DNA of 64,000 nucleotides from an uncultured Actinomycetes bacterium. GTDB lineage: Bacteria; Actinomycetota; Acidimicrobiia; Acidimicrobiales; JACDEA01. Shown one piece after another: positions 26,124-35,349 of the stretch (the first letter of the stretch is position 1; every line of letters starts with the position of its first letter). The stretch is from contig CAVUMI010000005.1 in the NCBI GenBank assembly GCA_963742585.1, positions 52,908 to 116,907 of the forward strand, in the 5' to 3' direction. The notes under the pieces are model-generated. The model had not been told where the DNA came from, made no database searches, and was given only the letters and a program-made list of their open reading frames with translations. Made by a program: the position numbers and the translations under genes.

Positions 26124-26354
26124 ATGAAGACCCTGACTTGCAAGCAGCTCGGCGGACCGTGTGACCTTCCGCATGAAGGCGAGACCGCCGACGACATCAT
26201 CAAGGCCCAGGACCGCCATTTGAAGGAAATGGTCGCGGGCGGCGATGAAATGCACGCGCCCGCACTCAAGGAGATGAAGGGCCGCTGGAAGCGCCCGATC
26301 TCAGGGATGGGCTGGTACCGCGGCGTCAAGAAGAGCTTCGCGGCCCTGCCGTAG
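26124..26354 (+). CDS. DUF1059 small protein
   Basis: MKTLTCKQLGGPCDLPHEGETADDIIKAQDRHLKEM is the pattern typical of DUF1059. It is divergent from the TetR gene. Confidence 0.7.
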   Translation: MKTLTCKQLGGPCDLPHEGETADDIIKAQDRHLKEMVAGGDEMHAPALKEMKGRWKRPISGMGWYRGVKKSFAALP

Positions 26355-26395
26355 CGACGACGAGGATCACCCCACCTGGCCGATGGAAAGTGGGA

Positions 26396-26569
26396 ATGGG
26401 CCAGCACATCCACTACGAGGTCGAGGACGGGGTCGTCACCATCACGATCGACCGGCCCGAGAAACGCAACGCCATGACGTATGCGGTGCTCGCCGACTTC
26501 AACGATGCCATTGCCCGGGCTGTCGCCGCCTTCCTCGAGCGGCGCCCGGCCACGTTCACCGGCCGGTGA
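26396..26569 (+). pseudogene. Enoyl-CoA hydratase/isomerase (crotonase) remnant with a large internal deletion
   Basis: My own translation gives MGQHIHYEVEDGVVTITIDRPEKRNAMTYAVLADFNDAIARAVAAFLERRPATFTGR*. The crotonase N-terminus is joined directly to the extreme C-terminus, leaving 57 aa. Confidence 0.55.
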
Positions 26570-26593
26570 CGTCGGCCGCCCGTTAGGGGCGGC

Positions 26594-27052
26594 TCAGCCC
26601 TCGACCGCGGCGGCGAGACGGGCCAGCGTCGCTTCCATGCCCGTGCGGTTGTGCGAGGCGCGGTCGTCGACCCCCGAGATGCCCTTGGTCAGTTCGATGA
26701 CTTCCGGCGGCCGGCCCTCATCCCACGTCTCGGTGACGAGGCAGCCTGAATCGGTGGGCTCGATCTTGTACGCCCACTTTGAGAAGCGGAGGTCGCCGAA
26801 GACCCCGTCGAAGGCGAAGAGCCGGCCGGGCTCGCAGCCCACGATCTCGGCCTCTGTCGTCCACTCCTTGTCGCCGTTGCGATTGTGCCCGGTGAACTTC
26901 GCCCCCACCGCCGGCTCGGTGGCCCCGTCGTTCCAGGTACAGCTGTGGCATTCCGGCGACCACTCACCCATGCGCGTCACGTCCGAGATCGCCACCCACA
27001 CCGCATCGGGACTCGCCTTAATCTCTCGGCACACTTCGACGTGATCGCTCAT
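26594..27052 (-). CDS. SRPBCC (START/polyketide cyclase-like) family protein
   Basis: VEVCREIKASPDAVWVAISDVTRMGEWSPEC... 152 aa. Confidence 0.75.
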   Translation of the reverse strand: MSDHVEVCREIKASPDAVWVAISDVTRMGEWSPECHSCTWNDGATEPAVGAKFTGHNRNGDKEWTTEAEIVGCEPGRLFAFDGVFGDLRFSKWAYKIEPTDSGCLVTETWDEGRPPEVIELTKGISGVDDRASHNRTGMEATLARLAAAVEG

Positions 27053-27137
27053 GCCGGGAGCGTATCGAGTGCCCGTTCATCGCCCCCAATTCTTCCGGTG
27101 GAGTGACCGATGAGTTTCGCGGCCCGGAAACGTCTGA

Positions 27138-27764
27138 TTGGCGACAAGGAGAACAACTGTGCGACAACTGCTCGTTGACTTCATCACCTCCCTCGATGGC
27201 TACGCCTCGGGCGAGGGCTGGCCCGGATGGTGGGGGTTAGAAGGGCCTGAGTACTTGGCCTGGCTCGGCGAGCAGCCCGAGGTCACGTACCTGATGGGAG
27301 CCACGACCTACCGGCTGATGTCGGGCTTCGCGGCCGGCGAGATGCCACCGGGAACCGATGAGTTCAGTGCCGATGAGGCGGCGTCAGTCGGTGGACTCAC
27401 CGGCGCGTCGAAGGTGGTGTTCTCGAGCTCGCTCGAGGAGCCGCTCACCTGGGCCAACACGACGCTCGTGCGCGGTGACGCCGCCGAAGCGGTTCGGCAG
27501 ATGAAGCAGGAAGGCTCGGGAGTCCTGAGCACCATCGGCAGCCTCAGCCTGTGCCGGGCGCTGCTGCAGGCCGGACTCGTCGATCGCTTCCGGGTCGTGA
27601 TGTTCCCGGTGATCACCGGCGCTACCGGCGCGGAACGCATCTACGACGGTTACCCCGACGTCGCCCTCGAGATGATCGACAGCCGCACGTTCGACGGTCG
27701 CATCCAACTGGTCGAGTACCGGCCCCGCGTGCTCGAGCATCCGCCGCTGGCCACCGCCACCTGA
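27138..27764 (+). CDS. Dihydrofolate reductase-like (RibD C-terminal domain) family protein
   Basis: LLVDFITSLDGYASG...TYLMGATTYRLM...VVFSSSL...LVDRFRVVMFPVITG. Confidence 0.75.
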   Translation: MATRRTTVRQLLVDFITSLDGYASGEGWPGWWGLEGPEYLAWLGEQPEVTYLMGATTYRLMSGFAAGEMPPGTDEFSADEAASVGGLTGASKVVFSSSLEEPLTWANTTLVRGDAAEAVRQMKQEGSGVLSTIGSLSLCRALLQAGLVDRFRVVMFPVITGATGAERIYDGYPDVALEMIDSRTFDGRIQLVEYRPRVLEHPPLATAT

Positions 27765-27777
27765 TCGCTACTTTGTA

Positions 27778-28587
27778 TTACGCCTCGTCGTTGCTGTCGA
27801 TGAACCGCGCGGTGGCCTTCAAGTACTCCGGCGGCATGTGGCCGGCGACGATCGTGGTCAGGTGTGACTTGCCGGGCAGCACCACGTTGGTGAAGTCATT
27901 CAGTTCCCGCCACAAGCGATGCGTTTTGGCGAACGGTCGGTCGTACTCGCCGTTGATGGCGAGCACTGGGAAGTCGACCTTCCGCAACTCGATGGCGGCC
28001 GCCAGCTTGCGAGTGGCGGTCGCGTCAACGGCCAACGGCTCGCGCCGCGTGTCTGCGATGCCCTCGGCTTCCTCGCGCGTCTTGCCGTTGGTCATGGCGA
28101 ACGAGATGCGAAGGTTCCGGCTGACCACGGCCTCCTCGGGATCGACGCCGTCGCTGTCGCGAGGCGTGGCGTCGACGTATGGGTCCTCGAACTCCATCAC
28201 GCCCGAGCCGCCGAAGGTCGCGGTGATGATCCGCTCGGGAATGAAGCCGAGCAGGCGCGCGGTGATCATCCCGCCCATCGAATAGCCGTGGATGTGGGCG
28301 CGCGTGACGCCGAGGTGGTTCATCAGCTCGATGACATCCTTGGCCCGCCCCGGACCGCCCGGCTGCGGCTTGTCGCTCTTGCCGTGGTTGCGACAGTCAA
28401 TGGCCACGACGCGGTGGTTGGCGGCAAGGGCCTGCGCAATGCCGTTGGCGAACCAGTTGCCCTCGGCGCTCCCGGTGTAGCCGTGGATCAGCACCACCCA
28501 CGACCCGGTGTCACCGGCGCGGAGATAGTGAATCCTCGTGCCGTCGGAGGCGGTGAACGAAGCCTGCTCCCGATCGCTGTGTTCCAT
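27778..28587 (-). CDS. Alpha/beta hydrolase
   Basis: ATG 28587 follows GGGGAGGG. Contains VVLIHGYTGS and HGYSMGG (GxSxG). 269 aa. Confidence 0.8.
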   Translation of the reverse strand: MEHSDREQASFTASDGTRIHYLRAGDTGSWVVLIHGYTGSAEGNWFANGIAQALAANHRVVAIDCRNHGKSDKPQPGGPGRAKDVIELMNHLGVTRAHIHGYSMGGMITARLLGFIPERIITATFGGSGVMEFEDPYVDATPRDSDGVDPEEAVVSRNLRISFAMTNGKTREEAEGIADTRREPLAVDATATRKLAAAIELRKVDFPVLAINGEYDRPFAKTHRLWRELNDFTNVVLPGKSHLTTIVAGHMPPEYLKATARFIDSNDEA

Positions 28588-28615
28588 CTGCCCTCCCCAA
28601 TAAGTGGGCGCGACA

Positions 28616-29665
28616 TTAGAGGGCGACGGGTAGCTGAACCTCGACGCAGAGCCCGCCCGCGGGCCGGGGGGTGAGCGTGAGGGTCCCGTCATGCGCTTGG
28701 GTGATGCGTTCGACGATTGCCAGGCCGAGGCCGACACCTGCATGATCGGTGCGTATGCGCTCAGTACCCCGAAGCAGCGGCTCGATAAGCGTGGAAACGA
28801 CCTGCGCGGTGAGCTGCGCACCGGTGTTCTCGACCGTGAGCACCACACCCTCGGGTCGCATGTCGGTCGCGACCCACACAGTGCCCTGTTGCGGGAGGTT
28901 GTGAACGATCGCGTTGTGCACGAGGTTCGTCGTCAACTGCAGCAGCAGCACGTGTGAGCCGATGGTGGACGCCACGTCGGCGGAGGTCTCGATGGTGACG
29001 CCGCGCTTTTCTGCGAGGGGGAGGAGCGTCTCGGTGGCTTCCTCGGCGATGAGGGACAGGTCGACGCGGTTCCGGGCGAAGGACCGCTGGTCGGCGCGGC
29101 TCAGCAGGAGCAGTGCTTCGGTGAGCTCAATCGCTCGGGTGTTGACGGCGTAGAGACGGTCGACCAGCTCGCCGGCGTCGCGGTTCGGATCGTTGCGGGC
29201 CACGTCGAGCAGTGTCTGGGTGATGGCCAGGGGCGTGCGCAGTTCGTGCGAGGCGTTGGCTGCAAATCTTTGCTGCTCGGCGACGTGGGCCTCGAGCCGC
29301 GCCAGCATGGCGTCGAAGGCGTCGGCGAGCTCGCGGAACTCGTCGCTGCGGCCCGCTAATCGGATCCGGTGGGAGAGCGACCCGTCCGCGGCAATGCGCG
29401 TGGCGTCGGTGATCCGAGTCAGAGGGGCGAGCATGCGGCCGGCGAGTAGCCACCCTCCTAGGAGACCAAATGCGAGCAGGAACGCCATCACGACGGCCGC
29501 GATCGGAGCGAAATTGCGGAGGAGGTCGGCGTGGCTGCGCACGAGGAAGATCACACCGGGGTGCGCACCGCGCGAAAGCGAGAAGTAGCCGGCGACAAGC
29601 AGCACCGCACCAGCGAGCATGAGGAACCCGGCGTAGCTGAGGGTGAGTTTGAGGCGCACGCTCAT
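28616..29665 (-). CDS. Two-component sensor histidine kinase (HAMP, HisKA, HATPase)
   Basis: Two N-terminal TM segments, the H-box ASHELRTPL, and N/G boxes (LVHNAIVHN; GVGLGLAIV). Confidence 0.85.
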   Translation of the reverse strand: MSVRLKLTLSYAGFLMLAGAVLLVAGYFSLSRGAHPGVIFLVRSHADLLRNFAPIAAVVMAFLLAFGLLGGWLLAGRMLAPLTRITDATRIAADGSLSHRIRLAGRSDEFRELADAFDAMLARLEAHVAEQQRFAANASHELRTPLAITQTLLDVARNDPNRDAGELVDRLYAVNTRAIELTEALLLLSRADQRSFARNRVDLSLIAEEATETLLPLAEKRGVTIETSADVASTIGSHVLLLQLTTNLVHNAIVHNLPQQGTVWVATDMRPEGVVLTVENTGAQLTAQVVSTLIEPLLRGTERIRTDHAGVGLGLAIVERITQAHDGTLTLTPRPAGGLCVEVQLPVAL

Positions 29666-29675
29666 GCCAGGGGCT

Positions 29676-30335
29676 CTATCCACTGATGCGGTATCCGGTA
29701 CCTGGCACGGTGGCGATGATTCCGGGTTCGCCGAGCCGTTTGCGTAGAGCCGAGACCGTGATGCGCACGGCGTTCGTGAAGGGGTCGGCGTTCGCATCCC
29801 ACGCCCGTTCGAGGAGCTCCTCGGCACTGACGACGCCGCCCTCGGCGGCGACGAGCACTTCGAGCACGGCGAACTGCTTCCTGGTTAGTGCGACGTAGCG
29901 GTCGTCGCGGTAGACCTCGCGGCGGAACGGATCCAGCCGCAGACCTGCGATCTCTCGCACCGGCGGCCGGTTGTGGGCCCGCCTGCGGTCGAGCGCTCGG
30001 AGGCGGAGTACGAGTTCTCGGAGTTCGAACGGTTTTGTGAGGTAATCGTCGGTACCGAGCTCGAACCCGGAGGCCTTGTCGTCGAGACGGTCGGCCGCGG
30101 TCAGCATGAGAATCGGCATGCCACTGCCGGAGGCGACGATGCGCTTCGCGATCTCGTCACCGGTGGGTCCGGGAATGTCACGGTCGAGGACGGCGATGTC
30201 GTACGCGTTCACGCGCAGCAGTTCCAGCGCGGTGTCGCCGTCACCTGCGATGTCTGCCGCGATCGCTTCCAAGCGCAGCCCATCGCGGATGGCTTCGGCC
30301 ATGAAGGGCTCGTCCTCAACGATCAACACGCGCAT
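29676..30335 (-). CDS. OmpR/PhoB-family response regulator
   Basis: MRVLIVEDEPFM...DIAVLDRDIPG is the receiver domain. A C-terminal wHTH follows (VALTRKQFAVLEVL). Confidence 0.9.
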   Translation of the reverse strand: MRVLIVEDEPFMAEAIRDGLRLEAIAADIAGDGDTALELLRVNAYDIAVLDRDIPGPTGDEIAKRIVASGSGMPILMLTAADRLDDKASGFELGTDDYLTKPFELRELVLRLRALDRRRAHNRPPVREIAGLRLDPFRREVYRDDRYVALTRKQFAVLEVLVAAEGGVVSAEELLERAWDANADPFTNAVRITVSALRKRLGEPGIIATVPGTGYRISG

Positions 30336-30450
30336 GCTTTTCTCCGAGGCTACGGGCTGGCGCATATGGCTGGCGTATCGAAAACCACCTATGCGCTGGC
30401 AACACCGCGCTCAGCTGAATGGGGGCGTGGCCTATAGCGAATCAGCCCGA

Positions 30451-31068
30451 ATGCCGACCCGTCGGCTTCCGACGGTCCTCGTTACCGCCCCACTAGTGGT
30501 CCTCGCGGCGATCGCCGCAACCGTCGCGTACCACTCGCGAGCGCACCCGCCCACGTCCTCGACGGCCGCGCCACCGATCGACGCCCCTCGCACTGAGCGC
30601 CGCGGTGGGCTCGGCGAGCCCAGTGCTGTCCCGGCCGGCACGACCGTCTTCGACGACGAGATTCCGGGAGTGGCCAACCTCAACGCTGACGTGCTCGGCG
30701 CCCTTCGCCGAGCAGCCAGCGATGCCGCGCGGGACGGGATCAAGCTCTACGTTGACAGTGGCTGGCGTTCTAAGGAGTACCAGGAGCAACTGCTCCGTGA
30801 GGCGATCTCGAAGTACGGCTCAGAAGAGGAAGCGGCCCGATGGGTGGCCACACCGGAGAGGTCTGCCCACGTGTCGGGCGACGCGGTCGACATCGGACCC
30901 TCCCGTGCCACCGCGTGGCTGTCGAAACACGGCGCCAAATACGGGCTGTGCCAGATCTACCGCAACGAACCCTGGCATTACGAGCTGCGCCGCAACGCCA
31001 TCGATCATGGCTGCCCGGTTATGTACACCGACCCGACGAAGGATCCAAGGATGCATTTGGGGAATTAG
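30451..31068 (+). CDS. M15-family D-alanyl-D-alanine carboxypeptidase (VanY-like), membrane-anchored
   Basis: Has an N-terminal TM segment, plus SGWRSKEYQEQL, SAHVSGDAVD (Hx6D) and EPWHYE. It is divergent from the two-component pair. Confidence 0.8.
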   Translation: MPTRRLPTVLVTAPLVVLAAIAATVAYHSRAHPPTSSTAAPPIDAPRTERRGGLGEPSAVPAGTTVFDDEIPGVANLNADVLGALRRAASDAARDGIKLYVDSGWRSKEYQEQLLREAISKYGSEEEAARWVATPERSAHVSGDAVDIGPSRATAWLSKHGAKYGLCQIYRNEPWHYELRRNAIDHGCPVMYTDPTKDPRMHLGN

Positions 31069-31110
31069 AAGCGGTAGCGCGTTGTGTTCGCCCGCAACTA
31101 ACCACGCGGG

Positions 31111-32550
31111 CTACAGGGGCACCTCACGTTGCTGTAGCAGTCGCGAGGCCTCACGCACACCGGTGATCCACGCCGAGTCGACAGTCGAGGTGCCGCGCTC
31201 GCATGTGTGTTCGCCGGCGAAGAGCACCCGGCCGTGCGGCGTCGCCAACGCGGCCAGGTCGGCAACGTGCTGGGCAGGATCGGTCCCCGGTGCGATGTTG
31301 GCGTAGCAGCCGAGCAGAAACGGGTCGGTCGCCCAGCTCGTCGTGGCCGACGCGATGGGATCGGGAGTGTCGGGCCCGCCGATGGCGCGGATCGTGTCGT
31401 GCAGCGCGGCAACCCGTGCCGCTTCGGGCCGCACCGCGAGCGCACGCGCATGATCGCCGGTTGCCAGGCCGACGACGACGGGCACGCCGTACCAAGTGGA
31501 GAGGTCGAGGATCACCGGCCACTCCGGCCGGGGTGCGTCGACGATCGTGATGTGTGTCGGGTTACCGTCGACCTGCCACACGGGCTGCTCGTATGCGAGG
31601 GCGACCTTCTCGAGCGCGCCGAAGCCGACACGGCGAATCGCGTCGGCGTGCGCAAGGGGTAGCGGCGGGTCGATTTCGATGGCGTCGCCCTTGAGCACGC
31701 CGAGCGGCACGGTCACGATCGCGTGCGTGCCGGTGAAGGTGTCGGTCGACGTGTGGACAGTGATGCGGTCTGGCCCCTGTTCGATCCTGAGCACGGGCTG
31801 CGCAGTATGTATGTCGAGGCCGTCGGCCAGGTGCTCGACCACAGGCCGGTAACCGCCACGCGGCATCACGTCCTCGTGCTCAGCGGCCCCGGAGAAGAAC
31901 AGTGAGGCAAACGTCGCGAAGTCGACCTCGTCGGCGTCCTTGCCTTCGTTCATTGCCAGCAGGGCACCGAGGGTGCCGCGCACGTTTGGATCGGTTGTCG
32001 CGAGCAGTTCGCTCATCGCTTGGTCGAGGTCGACGCCAGACTTGAGATCGCCGATGTTGCCGCCGCTCATGACCAGCCCGGCCATGGCACCGGTGAGGGC
32101 GGCGCGCGCATCGACATCGGGGAACGCGCCGTCGACCCGGTTGAGCACGGACGCGCCGAGCGCGACGCCGGTCGTCGAAGCCGGAAGGCGTTCGATCCCG
32201 AGTGCGTCGACCAGCGGGAGCATCGGTGAGCCGGCGCCGTCGTGGATCCACGAGCCACCCAGGTCGACCGCGGCGCCCGCGAAATCGATCGTGTGCGTGC
32301 GGCCGCCGATGCGGTCACGGGCCTCGACGACGACGACGTCGACGCCGCTGAGCCAGAGCGCACGCGCCGCGACGAGTCCGGCGATCCCCGCACCGACCAC
32401 GACGACGCGTTCGGCCGGCCCGGCGACCGGCGCCGGGAGCTCCCCGGGATTCCCCACGCGAACGATTGGTGATGCGGACGTGTCGGTCACAGTAGGTTCG
32501 TGCCGACGCCAAAGGGGACGGTTTGCGCGCACTGAGCTGGGGTCTGTCAA
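31111..32550 (-). CDS. Flavin-containing amine oxidase (start uncertain)
   Basis: Contains VVVVGAGIAGLVAARAL (GxGxxG), EARDRIGGR, and the C-terminal FAGEHT motif. Confidence 0.8.
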   Translation of the reverse strand: MTDPSSVRANRPLWRRHEPTVTDTSASPIVRVGNPGELPAPVAGPAERVVVVGAGIAGLVAARALWLSGVDVVVVEARDRIGGRTHTIDFAGAAVDLGGSWIHDGAGSPMLPLVDALGIERLPASTTGVALGASVLNRVDGAFPDVDARAALTGAMAGLVMSGGNIGDLKSGVDLDQAMSELLATTDPNVRGTLGALLAMNEGKDADEVDFATFASLFFSGAAEHEDVMPRGGYRPVVEHLADGLDIHTAQPVLRIEQGPDRITVHTSTDTFTGTHAIVTVPLGVLKGDAIEIDPPLPLAHADAIRRVGFGALEKVALAYEQPVWQVDGNPTHITIVDAPRPEWPVILDLSTWYGVPVVVGLATGDHARALAVRPEAARVAALHDTIRAIGGPDTPDPIASATTSWATDPFLLGCYANIAPGTDPAQHVADLAALATPHGRVLFAGEHTCERGTSTVDSAWITGVREASRLLQQREVPL

Positions 32551-34118
32551 TCGTCGTGCTGCTCGTCACGTCGACGACGTCGATGATGGGAGCGCCGGCG
32601 GCGGCGGCCGCCGCAATCACGTCACCCGCCTTGTGCGCTCCGGGCGACCCGAACCCCGAGCCCGGCGTTCAGGGCGACGTTCCCAGCGGCGTTCAGCCCA
32701 ACTGGGATTGTGGCGTCAGGCCTGTCGGATTCCTTGCCGGTGCCAACGGCGCGATGGCGGTCGCCAGCCACTGCGCGTACACGGGGGGCAGCGCACTCGG
32801 CAACGATGAAGGTGTCCGGGTCATCGACGTGGCCGACCCCACCAAACCCAGGCTCGTCAAAATGCTCAACACCGGGAGCCGAGAACTCCTCGCCGCCACG
32901 GTGACCGGCAACCGCGGATTGCTCGCGACGCGCCACCGAGCTGAAGCCCGCGAGGGCCAGGTGCTCGGCCGGGACATGTACGTCGACATCTGGGACATCC
33001 TCGCCGACTGCACCCAGCCCAAGCTCCTTGGCACGTTGCGCCTCCCGACGACGAGCGACATCTTCGGCGACCCGCCCAATGAACTCGGCGGCCCCGTGCA
33101 CAACCTCAAGTTCAACCCGACGGCAACCAAGCTGTACGGCTCGCTGCCGATGCACGAGATCGATCTCACCAACCTGAAGGACCCGACGACCTGGACGGCG
33201 CGCAACCTCCACTGCGCGATCACCAGCCAGACGTTCCTGCCGCACAAGACCGTCCCAGGGCTGTGTGACCAGCTGACCGAGACCGAGTCGCCGATGGGCG
33301 CGGCCGGTGGCATGCCGGCGATCGACCACGAGCCGACCTTCAACCCCGACGGTTCCCGGCTCTACATCGGTGGCCAGCTGCCGGAGCCCGACTCTCGCCA
33401 GCTCCTGGTCCTCGACATGACCGGTCCCGAGCCGGTCGTCCTTTCGGTGACGCCGGATGCGCCGGGGCACTCGATCGACTTCATGACGATCGGCGGTCGC
33501 GAGTACCTGCTGCACTCCAACGAGATCGTCGCCGTGCCGACCGCGTGCATTCCCGCGGGTTACCGCCCGAACTTCCTTGGCTTCGCCGACCGGGCGTTCG
33601 TGCTCGACATCACCGATGAGAAGCGACCAGTAAAAACGTCAGAGGTCATGTTGGCAGACAGCGACTTCTCGAATTGCGGTCCCGCCGGCGGGGGACCGTC
33701 GACCGCGTACCACGAGGTCGATGACCCGACCGACACGACCTACGCCGTCATCGGGTTCGAAGCCGCTGGGTTCCGATTCTTCGATGTGCGTGACCCTCGA
33801 AATCCCGTTGAAGTCGCCTACTTCAACCACGGCCGCTCGGAGCACACCAAGTCCTACGTGATTCCCGAGACGGGTCACATCTGGGCAAGCGATGCGAACG
33901 GCTTCTGGGTGCTCGAACTCGAGCCCCAGGTTCGGCAGCGCCTTGGCCTCGCCAGCCGCTCCGCCGCGGTGCTGGGCCGCCAGGCGCTCCCTGCTCAAAC
34001 CGCGGCAGTAAATCAAGGGCTGCCCGCGACCGGCGGGGTCGAAGGAGTGTGGACGGGCGTTGCCGCCGCGCTGATCGCCACCGCGCTGTTGGTTAGACGC
34101 GCACGAGCGCAGCACTGA
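32523..34118 (+). CDS. Secreted beta-propeller-like (LVIVD-repeat-like) surface protein with an LPXTG sortase signal
   Basis: Has a signal peptide, VRVIDVADPTKPRLV- and FRFFDVRDPRNPVEV-type repeats, and a C-terminal LPATG followed by a hydrophobic segment and RRARAQH. Confidence 0.65.
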   Translation: MRALSWGLSIVVLLVTSTTSMMGAPAAAAAAITSPALCAPGDPNPEPGVQGDVPSGVQPNWDCGVRPVGFLAGANGAMAVASHCAYTGGSALGNDEGVRVIDVADPTKPRLVKMLNTGSRELLAATVTGNRGLLATRHRAEAREGQVLGRDMYVDIWDILADCTQPKLLGTLRLPTTSDIFGDPPNELGGPVHNLKFNPTATKLYGSLPMHEIDLTNLKDPTTWTARNLHCAITSQTFLPHKTVPGLCDQLTETESPMGAAGGMPAIDHEPTFNPDGSRLYIGGQLPEPDSRQLLVLDMTGPEPVVLSVTPDAPGHSIDFMTIGGREYLLHSNEIVAVPTACIPAGYRPNFLGFADRAFVLDITDEKRPVKTSEVMLADSDFSNCGPAGGGPSTAYHEVDDPTDTTYAVIGFEAAGFRFFDVRDPRNPVEVAYFNHGRSEHTKSYVIPETGHIWASDANGFWVLELEPQVRQRLGLASRSAAVLGRQALPAQTAAVNQGLPATGGVEGVWTGVAAALIATALLVRRARAQH

Positions 34119-34157
34119 CCGAGCGGCTCTCTAGACGGCACCGTAAATAACGTACAC

Positions 34158-35349
34158 TTGAGTCACCAAGCGTACGAAAGAGGTGTTTTGGAGCCCGCAG
34201 GCGTCGAGGTCCCGATCCGGTGGCGCGGCCGGCGGGCGAAGGCGTTCGTGCCGACTCGCTTGGCGGAGCGCGACCTGACGTTCGCCGCGGAGACCGTTGC
34301 TCGGGCGGCGCGGGCGCAGGCCGCGGTGGAGCACGGCGCCGAGACCATGCCGGCGGACTACGCGGCGCTCGCTCGGCTGCTCCTCCGCGCCGAGGGCGTC
34401 GCGTCGTCGTTCATCGAAGGCGTCACGGCGCCGGTCGTCGACATCGTTCTCGCCGAGGCCAACGATTCGACGGAACCGTCAGCTGCGGGGTGGGTCGCGG
34501 CCAACCTCGCTGCGGTCACGAACGCCATCCAGGAGGCGCAAATAGGGGGCCTCGAGGTCGACAGCTTGTGTCGTTGGCACCGAACGTTGATGACTGGCAG
34601 CCCGACCCCTGCTCAGCAGGTCGGAGCCGTGCGCTCCGAGCAGGGGTGGATCGGCGGGTCGTCCCCGTTTGACGCCCATCTCGTCACGCCGCCACCGGAC
34701 GAGGTGCCGCCGCTGCTCGACGACCTCATCGCGTATGTCAATCGCGACGATGTCGAGCCAGTAGCGCAGGCGGCAATCGCGCACGCCCAGTTCGAAATCA
34801 TTCACCCGTTCGCCGATGGCAATGGTCGCATCGGCCGCGTCCTCGTCGCGTGGATCCTCGTTCGTCGGCTCTCACTCATCACGCCGCCGCCGGTGAGCAC
34901 GCGCATCGCGGCCGACGTCGGCGGCTACGCCTCGGGGCTCGTGCGGTTTCGCATCGGCGATCACGATTCGTGGGTGCGGTGGTTCGCGGAAGCAGTCTCG
35001 GGGGCGGGCCGCGCCCAACAAGAGCTTGTCGCTTCGGTCGAGCAGCTCCAGCGCGCGTGGCGAGAGCGGCTCGGCGCGCCACGGGAAGGCATCAAGCGCT
35101 TGCGCAGCAACGCGGCCGCGGTGGCGCGTACTCGAGCTGCTGCCGCGACATCTCGTCCTCACTGGCCCGATGGTCGCATCGGAGCTCGTTATCCCGCTGA
35201 AGTCAGCGAACGCGGCGCTGCGCGACCTCGTCGATGCCGGTGTCCTCGTCGAGCACGGCGTCGTTCAGCCGAAGGGTCGGGGGCGGCCGAGCCGGCTTTA
35301 CACGAGCCCTGAACTGCTCGGCCTCACCGGGTCGAAGCCCTTCGCCTGA
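34158..35349 (+). pseudogene. Fic-family protein (AMPylase-type) with a frameshift before the C-terminal wHTH
   Basis: Contains HPFADGNGRIGR (the Fic motif). After about 35125 the typical C-terminus (VLELLPRHLVLTGPMVASELVIPLKSANAALRDLVDAGVLVEH...) continues in another frame (ORF 35026..35349). Confidence 0.7.

Noticed and set aside
31090-31111. Hairpin GCCCGC-N10-GCGGGC between the M15 peptidase and amine oxidase genes, considered as a terminator
   Set aside because: The stem is 6 bp with a 10-nt loop and no U-tract. It is too weak to annotate.
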